DNA of 64,000 nucleotides from an uncultured bacterium. GTDB lineage: Bacteria; SAR324; NAC60-12. Positions 20,597 to 29,232 of the stretch are shown here, in pieces. Position 1 is the first letter of the stretch. The number at the start of each line of letters is the position of its first letter. The notes under the pieces were generated by a model, which ran no database searches, had not been told where the DNA came from, and was given only the letters and a program-made list of their open reading frames with translations. A program made the position numbers and the translations under genes. The stretch is from contig CBFIGY010000001.1 in assembly GCA_965662235.1 (NCBI GenBank), positions 256,942 through 320,941 of the forward strand, in the 5' to 3' direction.

Positions 20597-22282
20597 ATGC
20601 TCCTCAGCCTCAAGCTGCAAAACCTGGCCACCATCAAGGAACTCGAAGTCGAGTTCAGCTCCGGTTTTTCCATCATGACCGGAGAAACAGGCGCCGGGAA
20701 GTCCATCATGATTGATGCGATCCTCCTGGTTCTGGGAGGAAAGGGAGATCCGGGGATGGTCCGTTCCGGAGAAGAGAAGGCCACGATTGAGGCCGTCTTT
20801 GACCTGAACCGACTCAAGGGGCTCCGGGAGCACCTGAAGGAATCGGGAATTGAAGCCGACGAGGAGTTGATCATCCGGTGCCTAGTGCCCCGTCAGGGAC
20901 GTCAACGCCGGTACATCAACGGCGCCACTGTGACCGCTGAGTTCCTGCGCTCCCTTGGCAAACGCCTAGTGAACATTCACGGACAGCACGACAATCAAGC
21001 GCTGCTGCAGGTCGCCTCTCACCTCGACTTCCTAGATGGCTTCGGCCAGCTGTTTCCCCTGCGCGAGGACGTTTCCTTGCTGCATCAACGGCACCAGCAG
21101 CTTCTGCAGGAGCAACGCCGGCTGCTCAAGCGACTGGAAGCCCGCAACGCCCGGATGGAGGAGCTGGGTTGGGTGATTGAAGAACTGGAAGAACTGCAGC
21201 TGCAGCGTGGAGAAGAAGAGGAGCTGCAGCAAGAAGCCCACCGGCTCTCTCATACGGAAAAGCTGTCCCTGTGGTTCGGACAGATCCTAGCTCAGCTCAA
21301 CGACTCCGAGGGTTCCATCCTTGAACAGCTGGAGTCCGTCCGCCGGGCCTTGGAGGATGCAGAGCAGGTTGACCCCAAGTGCAGTGACATGAAGGGCGCT
21401 TTGGAGTCCGCCCTGTTTCAGGTGGAAGACGTCCATCGGCTGGCCAGCCGTTACACCGATAGCATTGAGGAAGATCCGGAGCGATTGGCCTGGCTCAACG
21501 AACGACTCAGCCGCATCCAACGCATCCAACGCAAGCACCGTCGGGACACAGCAGACGCGCTGATCGACCTGTTGGAGCGCTCACAAGAAGAGCTTGCCGA
21601 GTTGAGCCACCTTGATGAAGACGGCTTGGAACTCCAGCGTCAGGTGGACGCCACTGCCCAGCAGCTCCGGATTCAGGCGCAGATGCTTTCTGCTGCTCGC
21701 CAGGAACAGGCCCTGCTGCTGGACCAGCAGATCGTCAAGCAGCTGCAGGAGTTGGGAATGAGCAAGGCTCGTTTTCAGACGCAGGTCCAGACTGCGGACG
21801 CGAGTGAGGACCTGAGCCTCATTGGTCCCTCTGGAGCCGACGCTGTGGAATTCCTGCTCTCGGTCAATCCAGGACAGGACCTCCGGAGCCTAGTCAAGGT
21901 TGCTTCAGGAGGAGAGCTGTCTCGGATCATGCTGGCCCTGAAGACGGTCCTGACGTCGCTGGACACCGTTGAGATTCTGATCTTTGATGAAGTGGACACC
22001 GGAATCAGCGGGCGGGTCGCTGAGATTGTGGGGCTGAAGCTCCGGGAGCTGGGCTCCCGGCACCAGACGCTGTGCATCACCCACCTGCCTCAGATTGCTG
22101 CATTTTCTCAGCAGCACTATGTGGTGACAAAGGAGGTGAAGGCCGAGCAGACCTTCACGCACATCCGGCTTTTGAAGACCGAGGAAGAAAAAGCACAGGA
22201 GTTGGCTCAGTTGATGGGCGGGCAGGAGATCAGCTCCAACACCCTGGAGCTGGCGCGAGAGATGCTGGCGCGAGCCTCGTGA
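20597..22282 (+). CDS. recN: DNA repair protein RecN
   Basis: Walker A GETGAGKS at the N-terminus, central coiled coil, and C-terminal SMC-type signature GGELSRIMLALK plus ILIFDEVDTG. Confidence 0.9.
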   Translation: MLLSLKLQNLATIKELEVEFSSGFSIMTGETGAGKSIMIDAILLVLGGKGDPGMVRSGEEKATIEAVFDLNRLKGLREHLKESGIEADEELIIRCLVPRQGRQRRYINGATVTAEFLRSLGKRLVNIHGQHDNQALLQVASHLDFLDGFGQLFPLREDVSLLHQRHQQLLQEQRRLLKRLEARNARMEELGWVIEELEELQLQRGEEEELQQEAHRLSHTEKLSLWFGQILAQLNDSEGSILEQLESVRRALEDAEQVDPKCSDMKGALESALFQVEDVHRLASRYTDSIEEDPERLAWLNERLSRIQRIQRKHRRDTADALIDLLERSQEELAELSHLDEDGLELQRQVDATAQQLRIQAQMLSAARQEQALLLDQQIVKQLQELGMSKARFQTQVQTADASEDLSLIGPSGADAVEFLLSVNPGQDLRSLVKVASGGELSRIMLALKTVLTSLDTVEILIFDEVDTGISGRVAEIVGLKLRELGSRHQTLCITHLPQIAAFSQQHYVVTKEVKAEQTFTHIRLLKTEEEKAQELAQLMGGQEISSNTLELAREMLARAS

Positions 22283-22283
22283 C

Positions 22284-24233
22284 TCACTCCTCCGATTTGG
22301 GATTGGAGAAATCAAACTCCGGAGAATCGAGAGCTGCGGCCGCTACTTGGCGAATCTTTTCAATCGGCTTGTCGGCCACCCGATTTCCCCGGGCCTGAGC
22401 GCCTTTCACCAAGAGGCTATCGAAGAGCACCAGCTCTCGGGTCTTCCGCAGCCGAGGCGCTGGTACAAACAAGGCCTCCAGCATCATTCCGGATCCTTGG
22501 CTGAAGTGCATGATCTTCGACCCGCGTGCCTTGGGAAAGAGCCGGTACTCCTTATCCAGAATGAACTTTTCCACCCGGAACCGCTTCGCATAGCAGATCT
22601 GGCTCTCGCCCTCTGAATAAACCAAGTTGTACACGGCTTTGGGGTCGTGCAGATCCAACCGGTTGACGTCCTTTCCGACAAACAGTTTCTCCGGAACCTT
22701 GATCACCTGGTAGCGGCCATCCTTCCGGAACAGCACAATGCGGTCAAATTCAGAGCAAGTGAGCGTGTGGTTGCTCTTGATGGCTGTTCCGATGAAGCCC
22801 GTCTGCTTGTCCCACCCCAGTTGAAGCGTTTCCGCCACATCCTTCATGCGGATCTCATCAAAGGACGCCACTTCCGTCAAACGTGGATAGAGGGGTCCGT
22901 AATTCTTGATGAGCCCTTCTAGGTAGGCGATCGCGTAAGGGGTCAGTTCCTTCAAGTGCTTCCGGACCTCCCGGATGCGTTTCTGCAGCTTCTTCAGGTT
23001 GGCCTCAGCCTCCTTCTGATCAAAGCGGGAAATGCGCTTAATCGGAATTGAAAGCAGAGCTTCCAAGTCCTCCTTCTCAATCGGGAACTCCAGTTCCGGA
23101 AGCAGTGGCTGCATGCGCGCCTCCACCTTTTCTAGGACCTCCTCATACGAATCGCACTCTTCCAGAACCTGGTAGATCTGTTCCTTCAGGAAGTACAGCT
23201 CCAGCCGCCCTCGGTGCCACTTGCGACGCAGTTGCTCAAGCTCAAGCTCAAGCTCAAGCCGGAGGAGCTTCAGCAGCCGTTCAGTGGCATGCTCCACTAC
23301 TTCCGACGTCGTCATCTGCACCGGTTGGTTGCCCCGGATGACCAGCAGGTTCACCGAAATGGACACCTCGCACTGCGTAAAGGCGTACAGCGGTTTGAGC
23401 AGGTTGGCGGCCTGCACCCCTCGCATCGCCTTCAGCTCCACCGCCACGTGCTCCGTGGTGAAGTCGTTGATGGACGCCACCTTGAGCTTCCCCTTGTTCG
23501 CCGCATCCTGAATGGACTGGATCAGGCTTTCTGTGGTGACCCCAAAGGGAACGTCTTTGATGAGAAGCGTCTTGTCGTCCTGAACCTCCACTCGGGCCCG
23601 AATTCGGACCTTCCCGTTGCCGTTCTGGTAGTTCTCCGGATCCATGATGCCGCCGGTGAGGAAGTCCGGAAGCAGCTCCTGAACCTCTCCCTTGAGCCAC
23701 GCCACCTGCGCCTGGAGGACCTCATTGAAGTTGTGCGGAAGGATGCGGGTGGACATGCCCACCGCGATGCCTTCGGCGCCCAGCAGCAGCGTCGCTGGAA
23801 TCTTGCAGGGCAAGCGAACGGGCTCCTTGTTCCGGCCATCGTAGCTTTCCACAAATTCGGTCAGCTGTGGATTGAAGAGCACCTCGCGCGCAAGGGGCGT
23901 CAGGCGGGCTTCAATGTACCGGACTGCCGAAGCTGGGTCTCCGGTGAAGAGGTTCCCGAAGTTCCCCTGCTTCTCAATGAAGTACTCCTTGTTGGCAATG
24001 ACCACCAGGGCCGATCCAATGGACGCGTCTCCGTGCGGGTGCAGCTTCATCGTCTCTCCAACGATGTTGGCGACCTTGCTGAACTTGCCGTCGTCCATGG
24101 CCCACATGGTGTGGAGGATGCGGCGTTGGACCGGCTTCAAGCCGTCGTCCACATCTGGAATCGCTCGATCCTTGATGACGTACGAGGCGTATTCCAGAAA
24201 ATTCTGGTCCATCAAGGGTTTGAGGTTCTGCAT
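22284..24233 (-). CDS. parC: DNA topoisomerase IV subunit A (Bacteroidetes/FCB-type ParC with short C-terminal domain)
   Basis: ASYVIKDRAIPDVDDGLKPVQRRIL and KLHPHGDASIGSALVVIANK...GNFGN match the FCB-group ParC pattern. 649 aa is too short for GyrA. Convergent with recN. Confidence 0.8.
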   Translation of the reverse strand: MQNLKPLMDQNFLEYASYVIKDRAIPDVDDGLKPVQRRILHTMWAMDDGKFSKVANIVGETMKLHPHGDASIGSALVVIANKEYFIEKQGNFGNLFTGDPASAVRYIEARLTPLAREVLFNPQLTEFVESYDGRNKEPVRLPCKIPATLLLGAEGIAVGMSTRILPHNFNEVLQAQVAWLKGEVQELLPDFLTGGIMDPENYQNGNGKVRIRARVEVQDDKTLLIKDVPFGVTTESLIQSIQDAANKGKLKVASINDFTTEHVAVELKAMRGVQAANLLKPLYAFTQCEVSISVNLLVIRGNQPVQMTTSEVVEHATERLLKLLRLELELELEQLRRKWHRGRLELYFLKEQIYQVLEECDSYEEVLEKVEARMQPLLPELEFPIEKEDLEALLSIPIKRISRFDQKEAEANLKKLQKRIREVRKHLKELTPYAIAYLEGLIKNYGPLYPRLTEVASFDEIRMKDVAETLQLGWDKQTGFIGTAIKSNHTLTCSEFDRIVLFRKDGRYQVIKVPEKLFVGKDVNRLDLHDPKAVYNLVYSEGESQICYAKRFRVEKFILDKEYRLFPKARGSKIMHFSQGSGMMLEALFVPAPRLRKTRELVLFDSLLVKGAQARGNRVADKPIEKIRQVAAAALDSPEFDFSNPKSEE

Positions 24234-24268
24234 CCGTTACCTTCCTGAAGCCTTCAGAGTTGGAGGGA

Positions 24269-25849
24269 TTAGAGAGAAATTTTTCGAGCAGAGGTGATTC
24301 CGGAGCGGTTGCGCAGTTCCTCCACCACTTCTTCCGAGATTCCATCATCCACCCGAATCAAGGCCATTGCTTCTCCGCCCTTGATGTTCCGGGCCAGCTC
24401 AAACTGGTCGATGTTCACCCCCTTGGTTCCCAAAAGGGTTCCGATCACCCCCACCATGCCAGGCTGGTCTTCATTGGTGGTCAGCAGGATGGTGCCGGCA
24501 GGTTCAATTTCGCACACAAAGTCATTCACCAGCGTAATGCGGGGGTGCTGTCCACTGAACACAACGCCTCCAATCTGGAACCGTCCTTCGGGTCCCTGCA
24601 GGGTGCACTTGAGCGCACTCTCGTAATCCGTAAATCCGGGATCCGTGGTTTCCTCAACCCGCAGGCCTGCCGCAACGGCACACTGATCGGCGTTGACGTA
24701 ACTGACGTGCTCATGCTTGTCGTCCAGAAATCCCTTGAGGAAGCTGAGGCGGAGCAAGGACCCATCGTGCCGAGCCAGGCTCCCCCGGAGCTTCAGCTCG
24801 AGCAGATTGGGTGCAATCGTGGTGGCCTGAGAGGCAAAGCGTCCAAGGTTTTCTGCCAGAGCAGCGTAGGCTCGGACCTGAGGGTTGTCCAGCACCTGAA
24901 CATTCGGCATGTTCACCGGAGAGTCCACCACTTCCCCCCGCAGCGCCCGTGGAACCTGAACGCCCACAGACTCGGCAATCCGCATCTGAGCCTCTAGGGT
25001 GGAAGCACCGATGTGCGGGGTCATGACCACATTGGGAAACTCCCGGAACGCGTTGTCCTGCGGTGGTTCGATTTCCCACGTATCCACTCCGGCAGCAGCC
25101 ACCCGTCCGGACTGGATGCCTTTGAGCAAAGCAGCCTCATCAACCACACCGCCCCGCGCCGCATTGATGATGATCACCCCGGACTTCATGCGCGCAAACT
25201 CTGAGGCGCCGAGCATTCCGGTCGTTTCTTTGTTCTTGGGAACGTGCAGGGTGATCACGTCCGATTCCTCCACCAACTCATCCCACGACACCTTTTTGGC
25301 GTTGTGTCGCTCAAAGACTTCGTCGGAGATGTAAGGGTCGTAGGCATGCACCGTCATGTCAAACGCATTGGCAAACCGAGCCACGCGGTGTCCCACGTTT
25401 CCCAGACCAATGATGCCCATGGTTTTTCCCAGCAGCTCAATGCCCGTGAAGGTGTGCCGGTCCCACCGCAGGTTTTCCATGTTCTTGTGAGCCGGGAGGA
25501 TCTTCCGGATGGCATTGAGGAGCAACCCCAGCGTCAGCTCGGCTGCCGAGTTGGTGTTCTTGGCTGGCGTGTTGAACACCAGGATCCCCTTCTCTGTCGC
25601 ATAATCGACATCGATGTTGCCGATTCCCACTGCGGCTCGGGCAATCACCTTCAGGTTTGGGGCGTGGTCCATGAGCTCCCGGGTGATCGGAGTTTCTGAA
25701 CGGGACAGCACGCAGTGATAGGGTTCCACCACCGAAAGGATTTCTTGGTAAGGAAGGTCGGGTGAGTAGGTCACTTCCAGATCCGGCTCCTGCTGGAGCA
25801 GGTTCAGTCCAACCTCATGGATGGAGCCAGTAATCAAAACTTTGTACAT
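24269..25849 (-). CDS. serA: D-3-phosphoglycerate dehydrogenase (long form with ASB and ACT domains)
   Basis: NAD-binding GLGNVGHRVARF, catalytic domain and C-terminal ACT. Start chosen at MYKVLITGSI; an alternative in-frame ATG lies at 25873. Confidence 0.85.
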   Translation of the reverse strand: MYKVLITGSIHEVGLNLLQQEPDLEVTYSPDLPYQEILSVVEPYHCVLSRSETPITRELMDHAPNLKVIARAAVGIGNIDVDYATEKGILVFNTPAKNTNSAAELTLGLLLNAIRKILPAHKNMENLRWDRHTFTGIELLGKTMGIIGLGNVGHRVARFANAFDMTVHAYDPYISDEVFERHNAKKVSWDELVEESDVITLHVPKNKETTGMLGASEFARMKSGVIIINAARGGVVDEAALLKGIQSGRVAAAGVDTWEIEPPQDNAFREFPNVVMTPHIGASTLEAQMRIAESVGVQVPRALRGEVVDSPVNMPNVQVLDNPQVRAYAALAENLGRFASQATTIAPNLLELKLRGSLARHDGSLLRLSFLKGFLDDKHEHVSYVNADQCAVAAGLRVEETTDPGFTDYESALKCTLQGPEGRFQIGGVVFSGQHPRITLVNDFVCEIEPAGTILLTTNEDQPGMVGVIGTLLGTKGVNIDQFELARNIKGGEAMALIRVDDGISEEVVEELRNRSGITSARKISL

Positions 25850-25951
25850 AGGGACTTCTAGGGAAAGGGCCATACGGGAACTTGAGGTTCAGTCAAACCT
25901 AGTACTTTCCCACACTTTCCTAGACGAATAAAGATGGAACCCGCGAAAGGG

Positions 25952-26278
25952 CTACAGGGAGGAGGAATTTTTGTAGAAAGGAGGAGCCTGAAGGAAGAGG
26001 CGCGACAGCTTGGGCCGGATCCGTTCCTGCAGAAAGTCGACTCCGCTGGGCAGCTCCGTGGCCGTTGAGGGAGAAGCAGCCAATGGTGACGGCTGGACAC
26101 GAGCCGAAGGAGACTCGGGCATCCGTTGCTCCAGGTCTTGAATGACCCGCATCATCTCACGACGTTCCTGCTGGTCCTGAGACCGTTGCTGAATGAGTTG
26201 CTCGCTCATGGAGACCAAGCGCTCACTCATGTCAATGAGGCGATCGTAGCGTTCTTCAAAGGTTTTGTGGGTACTCAT
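25952..26278 (-). CDS. hypothetical coiled-coil protein
   Basis: 108-aa ORF with an ATG start and no recognisable domain. Confidence 0.4.
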   Translation of the reverse strand: MSTHKTFEERYDRLIDMSERLVSMSEQLIQQRSQDQQERREMMRVIQDLEQRMPESPSARVQPSPLAASPSTATELPSGVDFLQERIRPKLSRLFLQAPPFYKNSSSL

Positions 26279-26444
26279 GATCTCTCGTCAGCCGCTTGAA
26301 TTCAGTCGCTGATGAGTCTAAGCCGGGAGGAGAGGAGCGCAAGCGTAAAACGGCGTCACCTCACTCCGGCCACCTGCGGGCGTCCGCTGTGACCAGAGTG
26401 AACGTGTCCGGAACGGCTCGTCCCGTTTCCAAGGTGATTGATTA

Positions 26445-26473
26445 TTGACAATAATAATTCAATCGACTATAAA
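26445..26473 (+). promoter_or_regulatory. near-consensus sigma-70 promoter (TTGACA-N17-TATAAA) embedded in the palindrome TTATTGaCAATAA
   Basis: TTGACA at 26445-26450, a 17-nt spacer and TATAAA at 26468-26473. The 6-bp inverted repeat TTATTG/CAATAA overlaps the -35 hexamer. Confidence 0.45.
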
Positions 26474-26522
26474 TCCGAGTTCAGAACCCTTTACGCGCCA
26501 TCACTTCTTCTGGGGTCAGGCG

Positions 26523-26690
26523 ATGAAAACAACGCGCACGATTGACCAACCGACGATTCGGCAAGAAGCTTGCAGTCTTCTGTTTCATGGAATGCTCCTG
26601 GAAAGGGTGGATCAGCCAGTCACCGGACTCCCCATGACTCCGCGACGGCCTCTTACCTTTCCTTATCGGCACCTTATCGACTTTCTTTAA
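26523..26690 (+). CDS. possible small leader ORF (55 aa) between the promoter and the RHH gene
   Basis: An ATG at 26523 opens MKTTRTIDQPTIRQEACSLLFHGMLLERVDQPVTGLPMTPRRPLTFPYRHLIDFL and ends 8 nt before the RHH start. No homology recognised. Confidence 0.2.
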   Translation: MKTTRTIDQPTIRQEACSLLFHGMLLERVDQPVTGLPMTPRRPLTFPYRHLIDFL

Positions 26691-26697
26691 CGGATCA

Positions 26698-26949
26698 ATG
26701 CCAAGAGGCGGCTACAGAGAAGGAGCAGGGCGTAAGAAGGAATACAACGAGCCCGTCAAAAAGATCCTGCTGGGTCTGCCCCAATCGGTGCTGGACCAGC
26801 TGGACCAGTACGCCGCTCAGCAGAACCTTTCTCGCCCCAAGGCCGTTGCGGCCCTGCTCAAGCAAGTACAGAATCAGGCGACCGGAAGCAAGAAGGCGAA
26901 GATGCTGGAGGAGCTCAAGTCCCTGAAGATGGAGTTGCGTCGGAACTAG
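26698..26949 (+). CDS. ribbon-helix-helix (CopG/Arc-like) DNA-binding protein
   Basis: 83 aa. The N-terminal basic beta-strand segment (PRGGYREGAGRKKEY...KILLGLPQSVLDQLDQYA) is typical of the RHH fold, with a coiled C-terminal tail. Confidence 0.6.
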   Translation: MPRGGYREGAGRKKEYNEPVKKILLGLPQSVLDQLDQYAAQQNLSRPKAVAALLKQVQNQATGSKKAKMLEELKSLKMELRRN

Positions 26950-27085
26950 AAGGATCGTCCAGCGACTGGTCGATCTCCTGCAGTTTCTGAGATGCCTCCT
27001 GAAACTTTTTTTCAGAGCGACGCTGTTCCCAGATCCCCAACAGCATCATGGCCCCGAAAGCCATCAGGAGCAGAACCAAGCCCAT
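26915..27085 (-). CDS. small single-TM protein (56 aa)
   Basis: Internal ATG of the 131-aa ORF gives MGLVLLLMAFGAMMLLGIW..., directly downstream of the 88-aa membrane ORF and spaced as an operon. Confidence 0.3.
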   Translation of the reverse strand: MGLVLLLMAFGAMMLLGIWEQRRSEKKFQEASQKLQEIDQSLDDPSSSDATPSSGT

Positions 27086-27087
27086 TG

Positions 27088-27354
27088 TCACTTCCTCCGA
27101 CTTTGCCAGGCCGCCCAACCACGTAGGACGACCTCGATTCCCAGCAGCAGTCCCAGACCGACTACCACCGAAAGCACTGCCACCTCTTCCCGCTCCCACC
27201 CAAGGGACCAGAGAATCATGGCAGACACATAGACCGACCCCACCACCAAGATGATCACGTCCACAAGCCGGGAAAAGCGTTCCTTCCACCCGCGCTTGCG
27301 CCACATCCAACGCAGCCCCCAGAGGAGCAGAATTGGAATCAACAGCTTAAGCAT
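27088..27354 (-). CDS. small two-TM membrane protein (88 aa)
   Basis: Hydrophobic segments LLIPILLLWGL and VIILVVGSVYVSAMILWSL. No family recognised. Confidence 0.4.
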   Translation of the reverse strand: MLKLLIPILLLWGLRWMWRKRGWKERFSRLVDVIILVVGSVYVSAMILWSLGWEREEVAVLSVVVGLGLLLGIEVVLRGWAAWQSRRK

Positions 27355-27444
27355 GCGTGCTTTGCTGTTTGAGATTTTCGGAATTCCGTGGAATCATCCC
27401 TTTATTCAAACAGTTCCCTCTCAACAGAGCCTTGGACCAAACGC

Positions 27445-27651
27445 ATGAACGCCACCATCCTCAATGACGCCATCCGCCTCATCAGTCACGAAATGACCAA
27501 GCGGGGCAACAAGCCCTTTGACAACGAACTCATCACCGCACAGCTGGAACGCGTGGAGACCCACCTGAGCAAGGACCACCGCAACGGGTTGATCACCATG
27601 TTTCACCTGAATGAGCCGAATGTCGATGGCGCCTGCTGGGAGCAGATCTAG
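27445..27651 (+). CDS. hypothetical small protein (68 aa)
   Basis: ATG at 27445 (MNATILNDAIRLISHEMTKRGNKPF...). The ORF-track start at 27388 is GTG. Confidence 0.3.
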   Translation: MNATILNDAIRLISHEMTKRGNKPFDNELITAQLERVETHLSKDHRNGLITMFHLNEPNVDGACWEQI

Positions 27652-27899
27652 TCCTTCTGAGTCAGCCCCATGAAGCGGTCCTCCAAGGAGTTCACCTCCA
27701 CAATCCGGGCCGCCAGCAGTCCGTTTTCCTTGGTGACGGTCTCAGCAGAGGCAATCTGACGCTCGTTGACCAGCAGCTCCAACTGAGACTGATTGGGGGC
27801 ATCCAGCTGGATCACTGACCCCTGTCCTAGGTTCAGGATGCTGCCGATCTCCATGTCGCACCGCCCCAGCACCAAGCGAACGGTGAGGGGCATATCCAT
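27648..27899 (-). CDS. FliN/SpoA-domain protein (flagellar motor switch / type III secretion C-ring-like), orphan
   Basis: MDMPLTVRLVLGRCDMEIGSILNLGQGSVIQLD...LLVNERQIASAETV...LAARIVEV matches the SpoA (FliN C-terminal) domain. Trimmed to ATG 27899; the 195-aa track ORF extends through AT-rich intergenic sequence from a TTG. Confidence 0.55.
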   Translation of the reverse strand: MDMPLTVRLVLGRCDMEIGSILNLGQGSVIQLDAPNQSQLELLVNERQIASAETVTKENGLLAARIVEVNSLEDRFMGLTQKD

Positions 27900-28061
27900 C
27901 AACCGACCGAGCTTTCCACTGAGGCCGGATCCTTTTTTTGACTTCTGACTCACACGTCCCTGTAGAAAAAAGTAGCGAAGTTCAAAGAGATTTGGTACTC
28001 TTAGCCGTTTCTCACAAGCATAACGTTTAGTCTCTGAAGAACAAGCAGAAATAAAGGCGCC

Positions 28062-28208
28062 ATGTCCCCGAAGCAAAAGACCGAGCTGCAGCGTAAAAAG
28101 AAAGACCGCCCGAACAAGGCCAACTGCAAGAAGCGCGAGCAGCAGAACCGAGCGAACCTCCTGATCATCCGGGAGCTGAACTCGGACGCCAGCCAAGCCG
28201 ATGCCTGA
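28062..28208 (+). CDS. small Lys/Arg-rich ORF (~48 aa) whose stop overlaps the xth start (ATGccTGA)
   Basis: Below the 60-aa track cutoff. Read from the sequence as MSPKQKTELQRKKKDRPNKANCKKREQQNRANLLIIRELNSDASQADA. Coordinates are approximate (+/- ~11 nt), inferred from the xth ATG at 28201. Confidence 0.25.
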   Translation: MSPKQKTELQRKKKDRPNKANCKKREQQNRANLLIIRELNSDASQADA

Positions 28209-29232
28209 GCGGCACTCGCCGGATTCTCCACTCAAGCAACGACTCCGGGAGGGCGCTTCGCTGTCCTCCCTCTTCTCCCAGTTCCCCCAGGCTCAGCTCA
28301 TCCCTGAACTTTACGAAGGGTGGCGCCAGGGAACCCTGACCGTCCTCCGCACCTGGGGCACCTCTGAACCCACGCCAGTTCCCTACCGCATGGAAGCATG
28401 CCTGCTGCCCAGTGACCAGCTCACCTGGCAAGCAGCTCCCACGGTTCCGGAACGGCTGACGCTCGTCACCTGGAACGTCAACTCCGTCCGGACGCGGCTC
28501 CCGCTCCTGCAAGCCTTCCTTAAGGAGCAGAACCCAGACGTCCTTTGCCTCCAGGAGACCAAGACCCTTGACGACCGCTTTCCCTACCGAGAGCTGGAAG
28601 CCCTAGGCTACCGGAGCATCCATTATGGCCAGAAGACCTACAACGGCGTGGCCATTTTGACCAAGCATCCGCTTCAGGAAGAAGCCACAGGCTTTCGCAA
28701 CGGGTGGGACCCGGAAAATGCTCGCCTCATCATGGCGACCATCGCCGGGCTCCGGATTGTGAACGTGTACGTTCCTCAAGGAAGCCAGGTTGGATCAGAG
28801 AAATTTCATTACAAACTTGAGTTTCTGGAGCAATTGCGCGAAGAGTTGAAGCAACAACTTCACGACTACAAGAACGTGGTGGTGGTGGGAGACCTCAACA
28901 TCGCCCCGGAGGCTCGTGATGTGGTTTCCGCCGAAGACATGAAGGATCAGGTGAGTTTTCACCCTGAAGAGCACCAGCGCTTTGCAAACCTGCTGAACCT
29001 GGGACTTGTCGACCTCTTCCGGACCGTTGAGCCTGGAATTGCCCTCTACAGCTGGTGGGACTTCCGGACCCGTGGGTTTGAACGAGGAGATGGCATGCGG
29101 ATTGATCACATCCTTGGAAGCGCCTCTCTTGCTCCTCAGGTAGAGACGTGCTGGATTGATCTGGAAAACCGGGCTCAGCCCAAACCCTCAGACCATGCGC
29201 CCGTCCTGTGTTCCCTTAAACGGCCAAGCTAA
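28201..29232 (+). CDS. xth: exodeoxyribonuclease III / AP endonuclease (Xth family) with ~85-aa N-terminal extension
   Basis: The EEP-fold core begins at LTLVTWNVNSVRTRLPLLQAFLKEQNPDVLCLQETK and ends ...SDHAPV. An alternative internal start MEACLL lies at ~28390. Confidence 0.85.
   Translation: MPERHSPDSPLKQRLREGASLSSLFSQFPQAQLIPELYEGWRQGTLTVLRTWGTSEPTPVPYRMEACLLPSDQLTWQAAPTVPERLTLVTWNVNSVRTRLPLLQAFLKEQNPDVLCLQETKTLDDRFPYRELEALGYRSIHYGQKTYNGVAILTKHPLQEEATGFRNGWDPENARLIMATIAGLRIVNVYVPQGSQVGSEKFHYKLEFLEQLREELKQQLHDYKNVVVVGDLNIAPEARDVVSAEDMKDQVSFHPEEHQRFANLLNLGLVDLFRTVEPGIALYSWWDFRTRGFERGDGMRIDHILGSASLAPQVETCWIDLENRAQPKPSDHAPVLCSLKRPS

Noticed and set aside
23235-23258. Hexanucleotide tandem repeat (ctcaag)x4
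   Set aside because: It lies inside parC and is in-frame, encoding LELELEL within a coiled segment. It is too short to be a minisatellite or regulatory repeat and is not a CRISPR-like array.
26445-26690. The full 81-aa ORF from the track starting at 26445
   Set aside because: Its first codons are the -35/-10 elements of the predicted promoter. Only the downstream ATG-initiated 55-aa portion could be translated from that transcript, and even that is speculative.
27648-28235. 195-aa version of the FliN-like ORF
   Set aside because: The N-terminal 110 residues come from a TTG start and run through an AT-rich promoter-like gap with low-complexity translation. The SpoA domain begins at the internal Met, so the call was trimmed to 27648..27899.
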